From assembly GCF_009914755.1 (NCBI RefSeq), contig NC_060938.1: a stretch of 64,000 nt of DNA, one strand, 5' to 3'. Below, in pieces: positions 41,770-57,092 of this stretch. The notes under the pieces were generated by a model, which had not been told where the DNA came from, made no database searches, and worked only from the letters and a program-made list of their open reading frames with translations. The stretch's first letter is position 1; each line of letters starts with the position of its first letter. Source of the DNA: the human T2T-CHM13v2.0 reference genome, Homo sapiens. The translations under genes and the position numbers were made by a program.

Positions 41770-42330
41770 TTTGCACCAGTTAAGGCCCTTGCAGTTTCAA
41801 GTATCAGAAAACCGAACTCAAACCATATTAAGCAGACCAGAAATGTATGGGCTCACATTACTGAAAAGACCAAGTATTATTGGCTTCAGCCTTGGCTTGA
41901 TCCAAAAGACTCAAAATATTTCAATTCTCTCTCTCTCAGCTGCACCTCTCCTGGGCTGGCTCTGTTTTCAACAAGATCTTCCCTTGAGGTTGCAAGGTGC
42001 TTTGCAATAGTTCTACATCTCATTTTCCAAAGGTCAAATTCACCAGGGAAGAGTCTTTCTCTCCCTGTGTGGTCCTAACACAGGTCTTCTTACATGTCAA
42101 TGCTTCTGACTGGGTCACATGCCCATCCTTAAACCAATGACTGTGCCCTAAGGAATGTGATGTTTGATTGGCCAGGTGTGAATTAGTAGCTTGCACTCTC
42201 TGCTGGAGGTAGGGATGGGGTCAATACACATAGACCAACTGTGGATCTAGGATGGCTCTCCAAAAAAATACCGGGTGCGGCTACCAAAAGAAGGACACTA
42301 GATAGTCAAAAATGGCAAATATCTTCCCCA
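41770..42330 (-). mobile_element. ERVL-MaLR LTR (MLT1J/K-like)
   Basis: cagaaaaccgaactcaaac; ggcttgatcca; tgggtcacatgcccatccttaaaccaat. Confidence 0.65.
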
Positions 42331-42530
42331 GTATAGGTGATTACAAGGCTATTTCGACCAGAAAACACTAGTAAGTTGCAAAACTGAAATCCCAACCAGG
42401 AATTTCAATCTCTTATGAACATCACCATACATACACCCAAAATGAGACATTACTATCTGTTCTAACAGAGTCAAAGCATGTTTATTATCTTTTCCTTTCA
42501 TTTTGTCCTTCTGATTTTTATATCCAGTTT

Positions 42531-42538
42531 TGTTGCTC

Positions 42539-42570
<32 letters not shown>

Positions 42571-42833
42571 ATTGTTGTTGTTTTGAGACGGGGTCTCGCT
42601 CTGTCGCCCAGGCTGGAGTGCAGTGGCACGCTCTTGGCTAACTGCAGGCTCTGCCCCACGGGGTTCATGCCATTCTCCTGTCTCAGCCTCCCAAGTAGCT
42701 GGGACTACAGGCGCCCACCACCTCTCCCGGCTAATTTTTTGTATTTTTAGTAGAGACGGGGCTTCACCATGTTAGCCAGGATGGTCTCGATCTCCTGACC
42801 TCGTGATCCGCCTGCCTCGGCCTCCCAAAGTGA
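42531..42833 (-). mobile_element. AluY-like, slightly 5'-truncated, with (GTT)n tail
   Basis: Diagnostic ttcatgccattctcc and gttagccaggatggtctcgatctcctgacctcgtg; TSD tatatccagtttt. Confidence 0.92.
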
Positions 42834-43123
42834 TGGTATATCCAGTTTTAAACAATGGATCAAACAATGTTAAAAAGCTAAAACTAAAAAAAACAGATTG
42901 CGAATTTAAAATGTCATTAAATGATGATGACACATTGCATACAGTACTTTTGACTTTTAAATAAGGAAACTTTTTCTACTTGAATGTCATCTGAAGCTTT
43001 CCAGACTTCAATATACAGAGGCCTGAGGTGCGTAATAAATAGAATACCTGAAAACATAAAAACATACCAAGCATAAATCTGAACCCTTAAATATTCATTA
43101 TACATAAGAAAATAAAGAAATTA

Positions 43124-43294
<171 letters not shown>

Positions 43295-43482
43295 TCAATA
43301 AGAAAAAAACAGAAAATTGGGCAAAAACCTGGAAATTATATTTCACAAAAGAGGCTATTCAAATGGACAGTATAGGTGTGAAAAGGTGCTCAACTTTATT
43401 AGTCCTCAAGAAAATGCAAATGAGAAAACCATAATCTGATACCACTATTCATCCAACAGAAAATAATAAGTGTTAGCTAGTA

Positions 43483-43880
43483 CAGATGACCCTTGAACAA
43501 CATGGGGGTTAGTGGCACCAACCACCTGCTCTGTCAAAAATATGCATATAACTCTTGAATCCCCAGAAACTTAACTACAAATAGCCTCTTGTTGACTGAA
43601 CGCCTTACCAATAACATAAACAATTCATTAACAGATATTTTGTATGTTATATGTATTATGTGCTGTATTCTTATTAATACAATAAAGTAAGCTACAGAAA
43701 AGGGAGTGTTACTAAGAAAATCATAAGACAGAGAAAATATATTTAATATTCGTAAGTGGAAGTGGATTATCACAAACGTCTTCACCCTCATCATCTTCAC
43801 AGTGAGTAGGCTGAGGAGGAGGAGGAAGAGGAGAGGTTGTTCTTGCTGTCTCAGGAATGGCAGAGGTGGAAGAAAATTCC
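43483..43880 (-). mobile_element. Tigger2a (MER28)-like, inverted relative to 40122-40563
   Basis: cagatgacccttgaacaacatgggggttag...taggctgaggaggaggaggaagagg. Confidence 0.85.
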
Positions 43881-45402
43881 CAGGATTTCTTGCCCACTAC
43901 TGTTGAGAATGTAAATTGATATAACCATTTGGAAAACTATTTGGCAGTCCCTATGAATGTGGACATATGTTTATTCTATGTACGACACAGCAATTTTACC
44001 CCTAGATATGTAATCAAAAGATATGATCAAGAATGTTCATTAGAACACAACTTGTAGCAGTTAAAAACAAAAAAGCACCAAAATGAATATCAACAGTAGA
44101 ATGGTCCATAAATTGTGGCATAGTTGCACAATTTAATATTCTTCATCAGAATGAACAATTACAAACAACAACATAGGTGAGTCTCACAAACATAAAAGTT
44201 AAATGAAAGTAGCTGGACACAAAAGAGTACGTATTGTATTACTCCATTTATAGAAAAGTTAAAAACAGACTGAACTAATCTATCCTATTAGAAGGCAAGA
44301 TACCAGGTAACCCTGGTGGAAGGACAGTGATTAGAAGGAGCAAGAGCAGAACTTAGGGAGTTTGGAGATCATCAGTTTCTTGATATGGGTGCTAATTACA
44401 CCAGTGTGTTAAGCTGGTGAAAATTCAGCTAGCTGGGCCTTGTGTGTACTTTTCTGAACATGCATTACACTTTAAAAGTTTAAAATAAAAAAGGAAGAAA
44501 CAGTTAAGTCTCCAGCCTGTTATTTCCTTCTATTTCCAATTCCCTTGCTGTTTTATAAAGTTGCATTTCAATGTTAAAATACTTGTTCTGTTTTAACAAG
44601 CAGTGGGTGGTTGGTGTGATTTCTCTATAAATGATTTGTATAATGGTTTGGGAAACACATAAATGTTAGGGGTGTATACAATATTTTTTTCTCATAGAGA
44701 TTATGTTATTAAATCATAGTACTTTTATTCAGTTTTATTTTTTCTGTGTAGCACAGTGCCCAGAAGCACTCATAATTTCCATCTGCAGATTATAACACAA
44801 TTGACTCCTGTGAAGATCACAGCTATTGAAAACATTAAAGTAAAGCAAGAATCAGACATAGCTGCCATTGTTGATCCTGAAATATTATTTGAAATAATGA
44901 AGAAAGTCTGAGGATATCTGTTATTCCTTCTTATATTATCACTGTTTCCCATTAGTAGTCTATGTCTAGTAGATACAGAATAACTAGTGATCAGGTTTTC
45001 ATAAAAATCTCCATTTTGGAACACAAACCCCAGCTTCCTCCACGTGAGCTCACAAGTTTTTGATCCAGCCAAAGCTCTTCTCAATATTGCAGCTTCCTTT
45101 GTAAATAAGTGTTCTTTTACTTTTCTTCACACTAACAGAGGCTGGATTAACATTGAGGGTAAACAACTTATCCTAATAAGCAGCATTGTATTATTCAGAA
45201 TATGGAGTATGTGGACTGTGCAAAGCCATAAAAAATCCAAAAGAATATAAAAATTATGAAGCGATGAGTCAATAGGCAGATGTTTGTAAAAAGACAAAGT
45301 AACAAAGGGCATGCATCAAGTAGTAAATCGTTTGATTCTGAGGTCTCATAAAAAACAGGCAGTGGGGAGGTGACTCACTTGAGTGTCCCTTGATGCCAAA
45401 TA

Positions 45403-45759
45403 CAGATAGTCCCCAATAGTACAATGGTTCAACTCATGATTATTTACTTTTTTGACTTCACCACAGTGTGAAAGCAATATGCTCAGCAGTCGAGTACTCA
45501 CACAACCATTCCGTTTTTCACTTTCAATACAGTACTCAATAAAGTACATAACCAATGCTTTTTTATAAAATGGGTTTAGTGTTAGATGATTTTGCCCAAC
45601 TGTAGGCTACTGTAAGTGTTCTGAGCACATTTAAGATAGGCTAGACTAAGCTGTAATGTTTGGTAGGTTAGGTGGATTAAATGCATTTTGACCTAGAATA
45701 TTTTCAGTTTAAGGTGGGTTTATCAGGACATAGCCCCATTGCAAGTTGAGGAGCATTTG
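45403..45759 (-). mobile_element. MER47A-like (Tigger5) DNA transposon
   Basis: TA on both sides; gatgattttgcccaactgtaggct...aagtgttctgagcac. Confidence 0.85.
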
Positions 45760-45867
45760 TATCAGGAAAGCAACAGTTTTTCTAACCCATAAAGTCAGAA
45801 ATAAAATTACTATGTTTTCAAAGTTGCTATGTTTTATCTTCTTTGGTATAATATGAAAATTTCTATC

Positions 45868-46172
45868 TTTTTTTGTTTGTTTGCTTGTTTTTGATACGGA
45901 GTCTCCCTCTGTCACCAGGTTGGAGTGCAGTGGCATCGATCTCGGCTCATTGCAACCTCCGCCTCCCGGGTTCAAGCAATTCTCCTGTCTCAGCCTCCAG
46001 AGTACTTGGGACTACAGGTGCCCATTACCACACCCGGCTAATTTTTGAATTTTTAGTAGAGGTGAGGTTTCACCATGTTGGCCAGAATTGTCTCAATCTC
46101 TTGACCTCGTGATCTGCCCACCTCGGCCTCCCAAAGTGCTGAGATTACAGGCGTGAGCCACCAATCCCAGCC
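45868..46172 (-). mobile_element. Alu (AluSc-like)
   Basis: tctcaatctcttgacctcgtgatc; TSD gaaaa(t/c)ttctatctt. Confidence 0.93.
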
Positions 46173-46507
46173 GAAAACTTCTATCTTCTAAAAAAATTAT
46201 TATGGCATTATGTTTTGAGATGTCTCAGAACCACAGGCTAACTTTTAAGATAGAATGAGAAGTTAAAATTTGTCTAAACAAATGGCCCTGAAATTGTGCA
46301 CTGAGGAGCGCTGTGGGCTCCTACTTGGTGTTTCAAGGGGGTTAGAAAAAGGACAAGAGAGAATCAATCGGGACCCTGCTAACCCCAGCACATCTTTAAC
46401 AAGTAGAAATCCACTTCTGTTTTCATAACGGGCTTCTATGTGGGCTTTATTTGAGGAAAGCATTCAACTATTTAAAAAGAAACAAAAACTTCAAAATAGA
46501 TAATTCA

Positions 46508-46855
<348 letters not shown>

Positions 46856-48313
46856 TTAAGGAAACTGAGGCGTCAGCAGTTTAAGTGATTTGCCTCAAAT
46901 CTTAAAGCCACCCAAGGATAGAAGTAAAACTGGAATTTCCACTTTCTGATTCCAATTTGAATGGGCTCTCCAAAATATGATGTGTCCATCAAAGAGCTCT
47001 TGCAGTTCCAAAACAAGGAATTGAAAATCTTGAGTTTGATGTTATTGAATGCTTATTTATCCAACTTATGTAGATTTTTGTTTACCTTCAGTGTTAAAGT
47101 CTTTGATACAGAGACCATCTGCATTTTATTTTATTTTATGTTTGTAAATTTTTTTCACTCTTTGCAGAACTCAATCTACCATCTGCATATTAATAATGTG
47201 TGGCATGCTGCATGAAATAATATAGATAATAGAATCAAGAGTAAATTATTAACAGTCCACCTCCTGTTTGCTTCAAAGTGCTATTTGCAAATGGAAAAAT
47301 AAATTAGCCGCTAAAAACATTAAATTGGTTACAATCGAATCCTTCAACAGAGTAAAGCTGCCATGGGAACTGACTAGATGATTTTAAAGCTAAAATAAGC
47401 CTTTTCAATACATACTTCAGTTTTTTACAGAAAATATATTAGGATGTCAGTTCAAAATGCATATATAATTAGAAATCAGCTTTTTCTATCATGCCAGCTT
47501 ACTTTCTGAAAAGAATCTATCGTAATTAATTTCTTTATTTGATTCGGAAACCAAAGGGTTAATTAAAGATAGAGACCTCTATTTTTAGCTGTTACTATAG
47601 CCAGACTCCCATTCAGTCTAAAAACAGTCATGTATTTTACACCATTTTTAACCCTGCAAAGCTGAGACTCATGCCTACCCAAATTAAGGATAAGCTTAAA
47701 TAGCCCATCCTCAGTCAAAACCATGGCAACCAGTACACAGTACACATCCTGCATCTTGCCCGGTAGTCCTTCAAATTCTTTAATCACAAGACAGGAAATC
47801 TGTTTTGTTTGGATGTCACTTAAGGGCAGATTAATATTACATGATGGTCAACCATTTGCTTTTATTTAGGAAAATAAAAACCTGTTTGATGGTGTAAGCT
47901 TTACAATTAGAGAGAGACAAGAGTGCTTTTTATTATTTATTTGTTTACTATCTTTTTTCAAAAAGATCTGTGGTAAGTCCCAGAATCCCAAAAGGAGAGA
48001 TGAAGAAAGTGAGAAGTATTGGGTTGTGGGCTTTCTGCAGTTATGACTGCAGAAATAACTAGCTTGGCAGTCAGGGTAAATAAGAAAAATAAAATTGGAT
48101 TCTGTACAGTGACACTGCCGAAGTACCACTCTTAAACTGGGCAACATGAAGAGATCTTTGATATTTCTGTCTTTTGTTTCAAGTTGAAAATAGCTTCATG
48201 ATTTTTTTCTGATTATAAAGTCAACAGATGTTCAAGTAGACCATCCATGCACTTTAGAAGAGTATAAAGAAGAAAGCAAACATCAGCCTAAGTCACCCAA
48301 AGGCAACTGTTAA

Positions 48314-48670
<357 letters not shown>

Positions 48671-50146
48671 TAATAACTTTATATATATGAAACTACTCTG
48701 CATGATGTTTTGTGACTGGCTTTTCCCATTCAATTCATTGTGAAGGTCTTTACATTCCAGTCAATATAGATTTGTCATACATTCTACTGCATAGGTGTGT
48801 CATAATTAATTTAACTAATCTCCTGTTTAGAAATATGTAGGGCATTTCCAGCATTTTGCTATTATGAGCAATACTACAAAGAAGATTATTTTACATGCAT
48901 GCTATTGTACAATTGACCAACTATCTCCACAGGATAAGTTTCTAGATATGAGATTGCTAAATAAAAATATATATATATATTTAAATTTGGTGTCCATATC
49001 ATCCAGATTGTACCCTAGAAGAGTTAAGCCAATCTATACATCCACCAGTAAGGCATGAAGATAAAGCTTTTCTGCATCTTTACAGATATTGGTTATCTCA
49101 GTCTTTTTATCTTTTCCCATCTAATAGACAAGATGTCATTATATTTTGATAGAAGCAGCTATTTCCCATCAATTTATAACTCCTAAAAAAGGAGAAGTGT
49201 AATTAAATTCAATGAGATAGTTGACCTAGATGATTTTGAAAGGCTTTTCCAGTTTTAACATTCAGGAATTCTACAAAAATGGTCTTAATTCATTTCTCTA
49301 TCAAGCATCTGCTATAAGCAAGTCCCCAGAGAAAGAGAAGCTAACCTTGAACACCTAATCAATGTGAAAACAACCCTTTGAGATAGTTGTTTTGATGCTT
49401 ATTGTATACAGGAAAAATATGGGGATTAAATAAGAGCAGAATCAGAGCAGGTTGGTTCAACTAGAAAGCTGAGATTTTTTTCTCCCTATCCCTTGCTGTA
49501 CCTCATTGTTGTTTCTGTCCTTCAGGAACATACAGTCCACTCCAAGGCAAGGTAGGGGTTGCAGGAAAAACCATATTCACATAAACATAATTCAAGTCTC
49601 ATCTTCTGATTTCTATGTTCAGGCCCTGGTCTTCCTCCACCCACTCCCGCCCACTACCATCTTGTGCTACCACTTGAGCTTTCAATATTGCACATTTAAT
49701 AGGTGCTTGAGAAATATTGTCCATGTTCCTCACTATCCACCTATCTGGCTGAGGGGAGGGAGATTTTTCTTGTTGTGGACAAGGCAGTCCCTACTCCCTG
49801 CACCATGTAATAGCAGCCTGGCAGCTAGAAAGCTCTTAGCCTCAGGACTGAACATGCCACTTAACTGATAGCCCCCATCCTCAGCCAAGCCTCACCAGGC
49901 TTGGAGCTATGAGCCCAGAGAAACAGACTGAACTCCAGAGACAGCAAGACACTCAGCTCCGGGGCACAAGTAAGACAGATTATACTTTTAAAGTTTTTCT
50001 TGGACTTTTCTAAAAAATCTGATTAAATCATTATTATTTTTTATCTTTGACATTTTCTCTTTTGCCCTTTGACATTCTTAGAGTGTCTTTAGACTTTGTT
50101 GAGATTATTATCATCATTATCATTACTATTCATCATTAACCATGGA

Positions 50147-50508
50147 TGTCTTAGTCTGTTCAGGATACTATAACAAACTGCTCTTGACTGGGTGGCTTAT
50201 AAATAACAGAAATTTATTTCTCACTGTTCTGGAGATCAAGGTGTTGGCTGGTAAGGGCTCACTTCCTGGTTCATAGACTGTTGTTCCTTTGCTGTGTCTT
50301 CACATGGAGGAAGAGGTGAGGCATCTCTCTCGGACCTCTTTTGTAAAAGCATTCTCCTAATCACCTCCCAAAGGCCCCATTCCTAATGCCAGGTCCCAGA
50401 GAGATACCTCCCAATAAATGTTTTTGTCCCCTCCAAAATTCACACGTTAAATCCTAATGCCCAGTGTGCTGGCATTAGGAATGGGACAGAAACATTTAGA
50501 CCACAGCA
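50147..50508 (-). mobile_element. ERVL-MaLR solo LTR (MLT1A-like) with internal rearrangement
   Basis: tgtcttagtc...gggtggcttataaataacagaaatttatttctcac...gaccacagca. Confidence 0.82.
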
Positions 50509-51645
50509 ATGAGTAATTCACATTTGCTGTAGTTCAATGTTACCTGAAAAATAACATTTAAACTACTAGTACTCTAGTTACTACATTCTGAGAGCTAGAG
50601 CTGACACATTATATAACAGCTCAGGACCAAGAAGTTAGCGTTGAATGGTTATGTTCACATGTGGTCCAATAGGTCAAAATGTCATTGGTTGATATGCATT
50701 CATAGTGGTGTAGGACCTAGACTCTACATATCCACTCTTGTATATAAATCATTTCATGCTCATTTTATATTTCACATAGTACAAAATAGCTTTTTAATTT
50801 GGTTTGTGTAAATATATGACGAGCTGCAATTCAATGATTTCTGGAGATGAAATACCCTGAAAACAACTGGAAAGACACATCATTTACATTGTGAAATTCA
50901 TGTAAACCTCACCTGATAAATGACCACATTTCCATGCAATAATTAACTGTTCTATGTGCTTTGATTAGGCTGGGAAAATCTTGATTTTGGTGAATGCCTA
51001 TGGTTCTTCCAGGCTGTTGGATAGGACAAGCCCTTGATTGTGGCCTACCTCACTGTAAGGTTAGCCTCCGTATTAAAGAGAATGGCCATGGTGAGGACAT
51101 TGAGCTACAGTGACAGCCCACTCCTGGGAAGAAAAGCAGGCCTATTACATTTGCTGCAATAAACTCATGCTTTCTAATTTGCTGTCTTTTTTTTTTTCAA
51201 ACAAATGTGTTATTACTCAACAACAAAGGGTCTGACAAGATCCCACAGAGCTTATACTACAAAGCTACATAAAAGCAGGAAATGATGAATGTTAAGTGCA
51301 TTCTGACTTGATTCGGTTTAAAGAGATCACTTCCAAGAAACACTTGGGATCAGTACTTGTGGTGTAAGAGATGTGTCCTGACAGCTGGGGTTTATTGGAA
51401 CAAGTGGAGCTTTGTTCCCTTTTATGTCCATTTATTCCCATGCATTTGTCATCAGAAACTGCTCATGCAGAGGGCAAAGCAGAAGATTACACAGTGGAGC
51501 ACCCGCAAAGAGGTGAGAGATTCTCTCCAACTAATGCTGAGGAGGAGGGATTCACTGTCAGTTCTATTTTTAGTGGTTGCTGCTGTGATGATTTCTAGGG
51601 TGCCGAGTCCAGCCTGTCCCTACAAATGAATTCACACCTGGGCAT

Positions 51646-52067
51646 TTCTATAGTTTGATTTTGTTTGTTCCCTCCAAATCTCATGTTGAAATTTGATACC
51701 CAATGTTAGAGGTGGGGGCCTAATGAGAGGTGTTTGAGTCACGGGGGCAGATCCCTCATAAGTGGCTTGGTACAGTCCTCACGGTAATGAGTGAGTTCTT
51801 ACTCTATTAGTTCCTGGGAGACCTGGTTGTTAGTGGCAACTTCCCACTCTATCTCTCTTGTTTTCTCTCTTGTAATGTGATCTCTGCACACATCAGCTCT
51901 CCTTCACCTTCCGTCATGAGTAGAAGCAGCTGGGCCCCTCACCAGAAGCAGATGCCAGTGCCATGCTTCTTGTACAGCCTGCAGAACAGTAGGCCAAATA
52001 ATCATTCTTTCTTTATAAATTACCAGCCTCAGGTATTCCTTTATAGCAACACAAATGGACTAAGACA
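51646..52067 (+). mobile_element. ERVL-MaLR solo LTR (MSTB-like)
   Basis: ccaaatctcatgttgaaatttg; ccatgcttcttgtacagcctgcagaac; ends ggactaagaca. Confidence 0.85.
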
Positions 52068-52074
52068 GTCATTA

Positions 52075-52489
52075 ATATCCATGTATACAACAAATCCCAT
52101 AACCTCTTCTTCCTTTGCACATAGCTAGACTCTATTTGCCAGCCTCTCTTGAGGTTATAGCTAATGGAATATGAGCAGAAATGACATGGGCCACCTCCAG
52201 GCCTGGCCCATAAAAACCTCCTTGATTAATTCTCCTTGCTATCTCTTCCCCCATCTGCCAGCTGGATGTCCGTGCCCAGGTAACCATGAAGTTGTGTTTG
52301 AATAATGGTGGAGCTTCCATAAGCCAGATCCTAGAATGATTACATGGAACTCAACTTATCCACCCCTCTACCCCTGTCTATTGGAATTTACATAAAGAAA
52401 ATATAATTGTCTATCATATAAGACCACTGAAATATGGGCAGGGAAGTGGGGGAGGTCTGTTACAGCAGTTAGCCTCCCCTGACTCATAC
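52075..52489 (+). mobile_element. ERVL-MaLR LTR (MLT1H/I-like)
   Basis: aatggaatatgagcagaaatgac...ccaggcctggcccataaaaacctcc; tgttacagcagttagcc. Confidence 0.65.
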
Positions 52490-53055
52490 AGCATTCAAGA
52501 GCCCATAGAAAGAGCAGGTGATGCTCTCTGAATGCACCTACTCTTGCAGCATTTCTGACCACCTTTTTTTAATATTCCCCTCTACTTGATTCCAACAACT
52601 GATACTGAGCTGGGGAATGATGGGGGAGAAGCATGTTGGGTTGCTACATACTAGCATGTTGATGTGACTTTGGAAAAGAAAATGTGAAGACGGCAAAGAA
52701 CACACATTCCTGAGGACAGAAATGCTATCCCAACCGACAAATCCTTGTTGGGCATGTTCCCTAAAACAGTCATTCTGCTAGGTGCTGGGAATACAAAGGT
52801 ATGAAACTTCATCTCCACCTTAGAATGAAAACAAAAACAAACAAACAAACAAAAAGATACAGCCCTATTCCTCAAGCTTACAAACTATTTGGGGAAACAC
52901 AACTTAAAATACAGTTGACTAATCAAAGAGGACAAGCTTTACAGTCAGACAGAATTAGGTTGCAATATCAAATATGGCACTTAGTAAATAGATGGAAAAT
53001 TATTTCAACACATTGTGCCTCAGTTTCCTCATCTTTAAACTTATATAATACCTGA

Positions 53056-53808
53056 TGTATTAGTCTGTTCTCACACTGCTATTAAAGACATACCTGAGAC
53101 TGCATAATTTATAAAGGAAAGAGGTTTAATTGACTCACAGTTCCACATGGCTGGGGAGGCCTCACAATCATGACTGAAGGTGAATGAGGAGCAAAGTCAA
53201 GCCTTACATGACAGCAGGCAAGAGAGCTTGTGCAAGGGAATTCCTATTTATAAAACCATCAGATCTTTTGAGATTTACTCACTACCATGAGAACAGTGTG
53301 GGGGAAACCACCCCCATGATTTAATTATTTCCACCTGGCCCCTCCCTTGACATGTGGAGATTATCACAATTCAAGGTGAGATTTGGGTGAGGACAAAGTC
53401 AAACTATATCATTCTGCCCCTGGCCCCTCCCAAATCTCATGTCCTCACATTTCAAAACCAATCATGTCCTCCAAACAGTCCTCCAAAGTCTTAACTCATT
53501 TCAGCATTGACTCGAAAGTCCACAGTCCAAAGTTTCATCTGAGACAAAGCAAGTCCTTTTGCCTATGGGCCTGTGAAATCAAAAGCAAGTTAGTTACTTC
53601 CTAGATGCAATGGGGGTAGAGGCATTGGGTAAATACACCCATTCCAAACGGGAGAAATTGGCCAAAATGAAGGGGCTACAGGCCCCACGCAAGTTCAAAA
53701 ACCCAGTGGGGCAGTCAAACCTTAAAGCTCCAAAATGCACTCTTTTGACTCCATGTCTCACATGAAGGCCACACTGTTGCAAGAGGTGGATTCCCATGGT
53801 GTTAGACA
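53056..53808 (-). mobile_element. THE1 LTR (53056-53411) plus ~400 bp of adjacent internal sequence
   Basis: tgtattagtctgttctcacactgct...gtttaattgactcacagttccac; then ttctgcccctggcccctcccaaatctcatg (polypurine-tract end of THE1-int). Confidence 0.9.
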
Positions 53809-54348
53809 CCTGATAAACAGGGTTAAGCTTTCTAACATTTTATTTTGAAATAATTTTAAGCTTAAAGAAGAGTTGCAAGAGTTCCCATCTACCCTTCCTT
53901 CACCCATCTTCCCCTAACGTTAACAATTTACATAGTTGGTTCTTATTTTACAGAATTGTTTTGACTACTCTGGTTTCTTTACTTTTCCAAATAAATTTCA
54001 GAATCAACTTGTTGATTTCTTCAAAGAAGCCTACAGTTGACTCTTGTTTTTTACCCAGTCTGACAATGTTTTTCAATTAGTGTTCAAATCATTAATATGT
54101 AAAATGCATCAAATCACCTTCTTACTAGCTGTTTTCTATTTGTTTCATCATTTCTTTGTCTCATTTTTTCCCCCCTTTTTGCTGCCTATTCTCAGAATCA
54201 TTGAGTATATCTTAGGATTCCATTTGATTATCTCTATAGACAATATATATAAGAATTTTTAAAGAATATTTAGTGATTACCCTAGGTTTACAACACATGC
54301 ATTTAATCAGAGTCTGCCTACAAATATATTATACCACTTTATTTGTAG

Positions 54349-55485
<1,137 letters not shown>

Positions 55486-56720
55486 GAGATTCTTAACAAG
55501 CAATGAGTTCTGGCCACCAACTCCTTTAGGTCATGGGTTATCACTTGGTGTTTATATGCAATGTGCAGCCTGGGGGTGTGTTTAATTATGCCTGTTACTG
55601 AAAAGGCATAGTACCTGGGCAGTGAATACACCTGGTAACAATACTATTAGCACTTATTGTCCTGATACAATTATCTCAACTCCCTACCCACTTCGGTCTT
55701 TTATAATGTCTGCTTTAGACTGTAACCACTAGAAGACACCAAGGAGTTTGCAAAAAACAAACAAACAATAACATCACGTTTAATGAAAGAGTACAGAAGA
55801 AGCTACTTATACATTCAGTACAAGATGCCCCATTCCAATCAGTGAAGGAGGTACCAGACAGAATAATTTGCTTCCTCACCCTGAAACGTTTCACTTTTTA
55901 TAAATGATAGTGTTAATAATTTGAGTGTTTGAACATGATTTAAGGCCATGAATAATTTTCTAAGAACAAAATATCAGTGAAATCACTAACACTAAATCTG
56001 CCATCTTTCATAGAGCAGCTTGTGATAGCACAGGTCCTAAAATAACTCCAAAGTTTTAGAGATTTGGCCTTTGTCAGAACAGTAGGAAAAAGCTGTCTTT
56101 TAAAAATACCAGGCTTTTCATAGAAATAAAGGACTGGAAGCCACATTCATTGCAATTTAACTCTTTTATTTTAAAGGTTAGGAAACTGAGACTCAGAGAT
56201 GTATCTATTCAAACTCATACAACCACTTAATACTGTAAAAGCCAAGGATTTTGATCTCATAATTCTTTGCTGTGTAATGTGTCCATGCAATTGCCAAACC
56301 TTTAGCATTATTAGAACAATTATTCTGGATAATCTCAAGAGCAGAGAATATAATGGGGAAAAGGCAACCGCTAATAAAATCTGAATATGGGTTTGGCTCA
56401 TTTTAAGTCAGTCCTCCAATTTCTCCAAACTATAAAAATATTCACATATAAGAGTAGAAATACTGCTATATTTTCAGTCCCATCCAAGTAGGCATTCTGT
56501 AATGTACATTTAAGAACTATTCCAAGCTGTCAATAAAAGTAGTTTCTAGGAGACTCCATTTTCATAGTCTAGTTTGAACACTACAAAAAGTCTGACTGTG
56601 ATTGGCTAGGATTATGTATAACTGTAAGTAATGGAACATTTAGTTCTCTCTTCTGAAAGTCTGAAGATAGTAGCCCTTCTAGGTTGGTATGAGCTTCCAT
56701 AGTATCAGGGACTCAGATTC

Positions 56721-57092
56721 TGATGTAGTTTGGTTCTGTGTCCCCACCCAAATCTCATCTCGAGCTGTTATCCCCATGTGCTGAGGGAGGGACCTGTAAT
56801 CCCCACATATGGAGGGAGGGAGGTGATTGGATTATGGGTGACATTTCCCCCATGTTGTTCTCATGATAGTGAGTTACTTCTCATGAGATCTGATGGTTTT
56901 ATAAGGGGCTCTTCCCCTTTGCTCTTACTTCCCTCTCTCGCCTGCTGCTATGTGAGACATGCCTGCTTCCCCTTCCGCCATGATTGCAAGTTTCCCGAGG
57001 CCTCCCCAGCCACGAAGAATTGTGAGTCAATTAAATCTCTTTTTTAAAATAAATTACCCGGTATCAGGTATTTCTTTATAGCAGTGTGAAAA
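56721..57092 (+). mobile_element. ERVL-MaLR solo LTR (THE1D/MSTA-like)
   Basis: ctgtgtccccacccaaatctcatc; catgagatctgatggttttataaggggc; gaggcctccccagcc. Confidence 0.85.
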
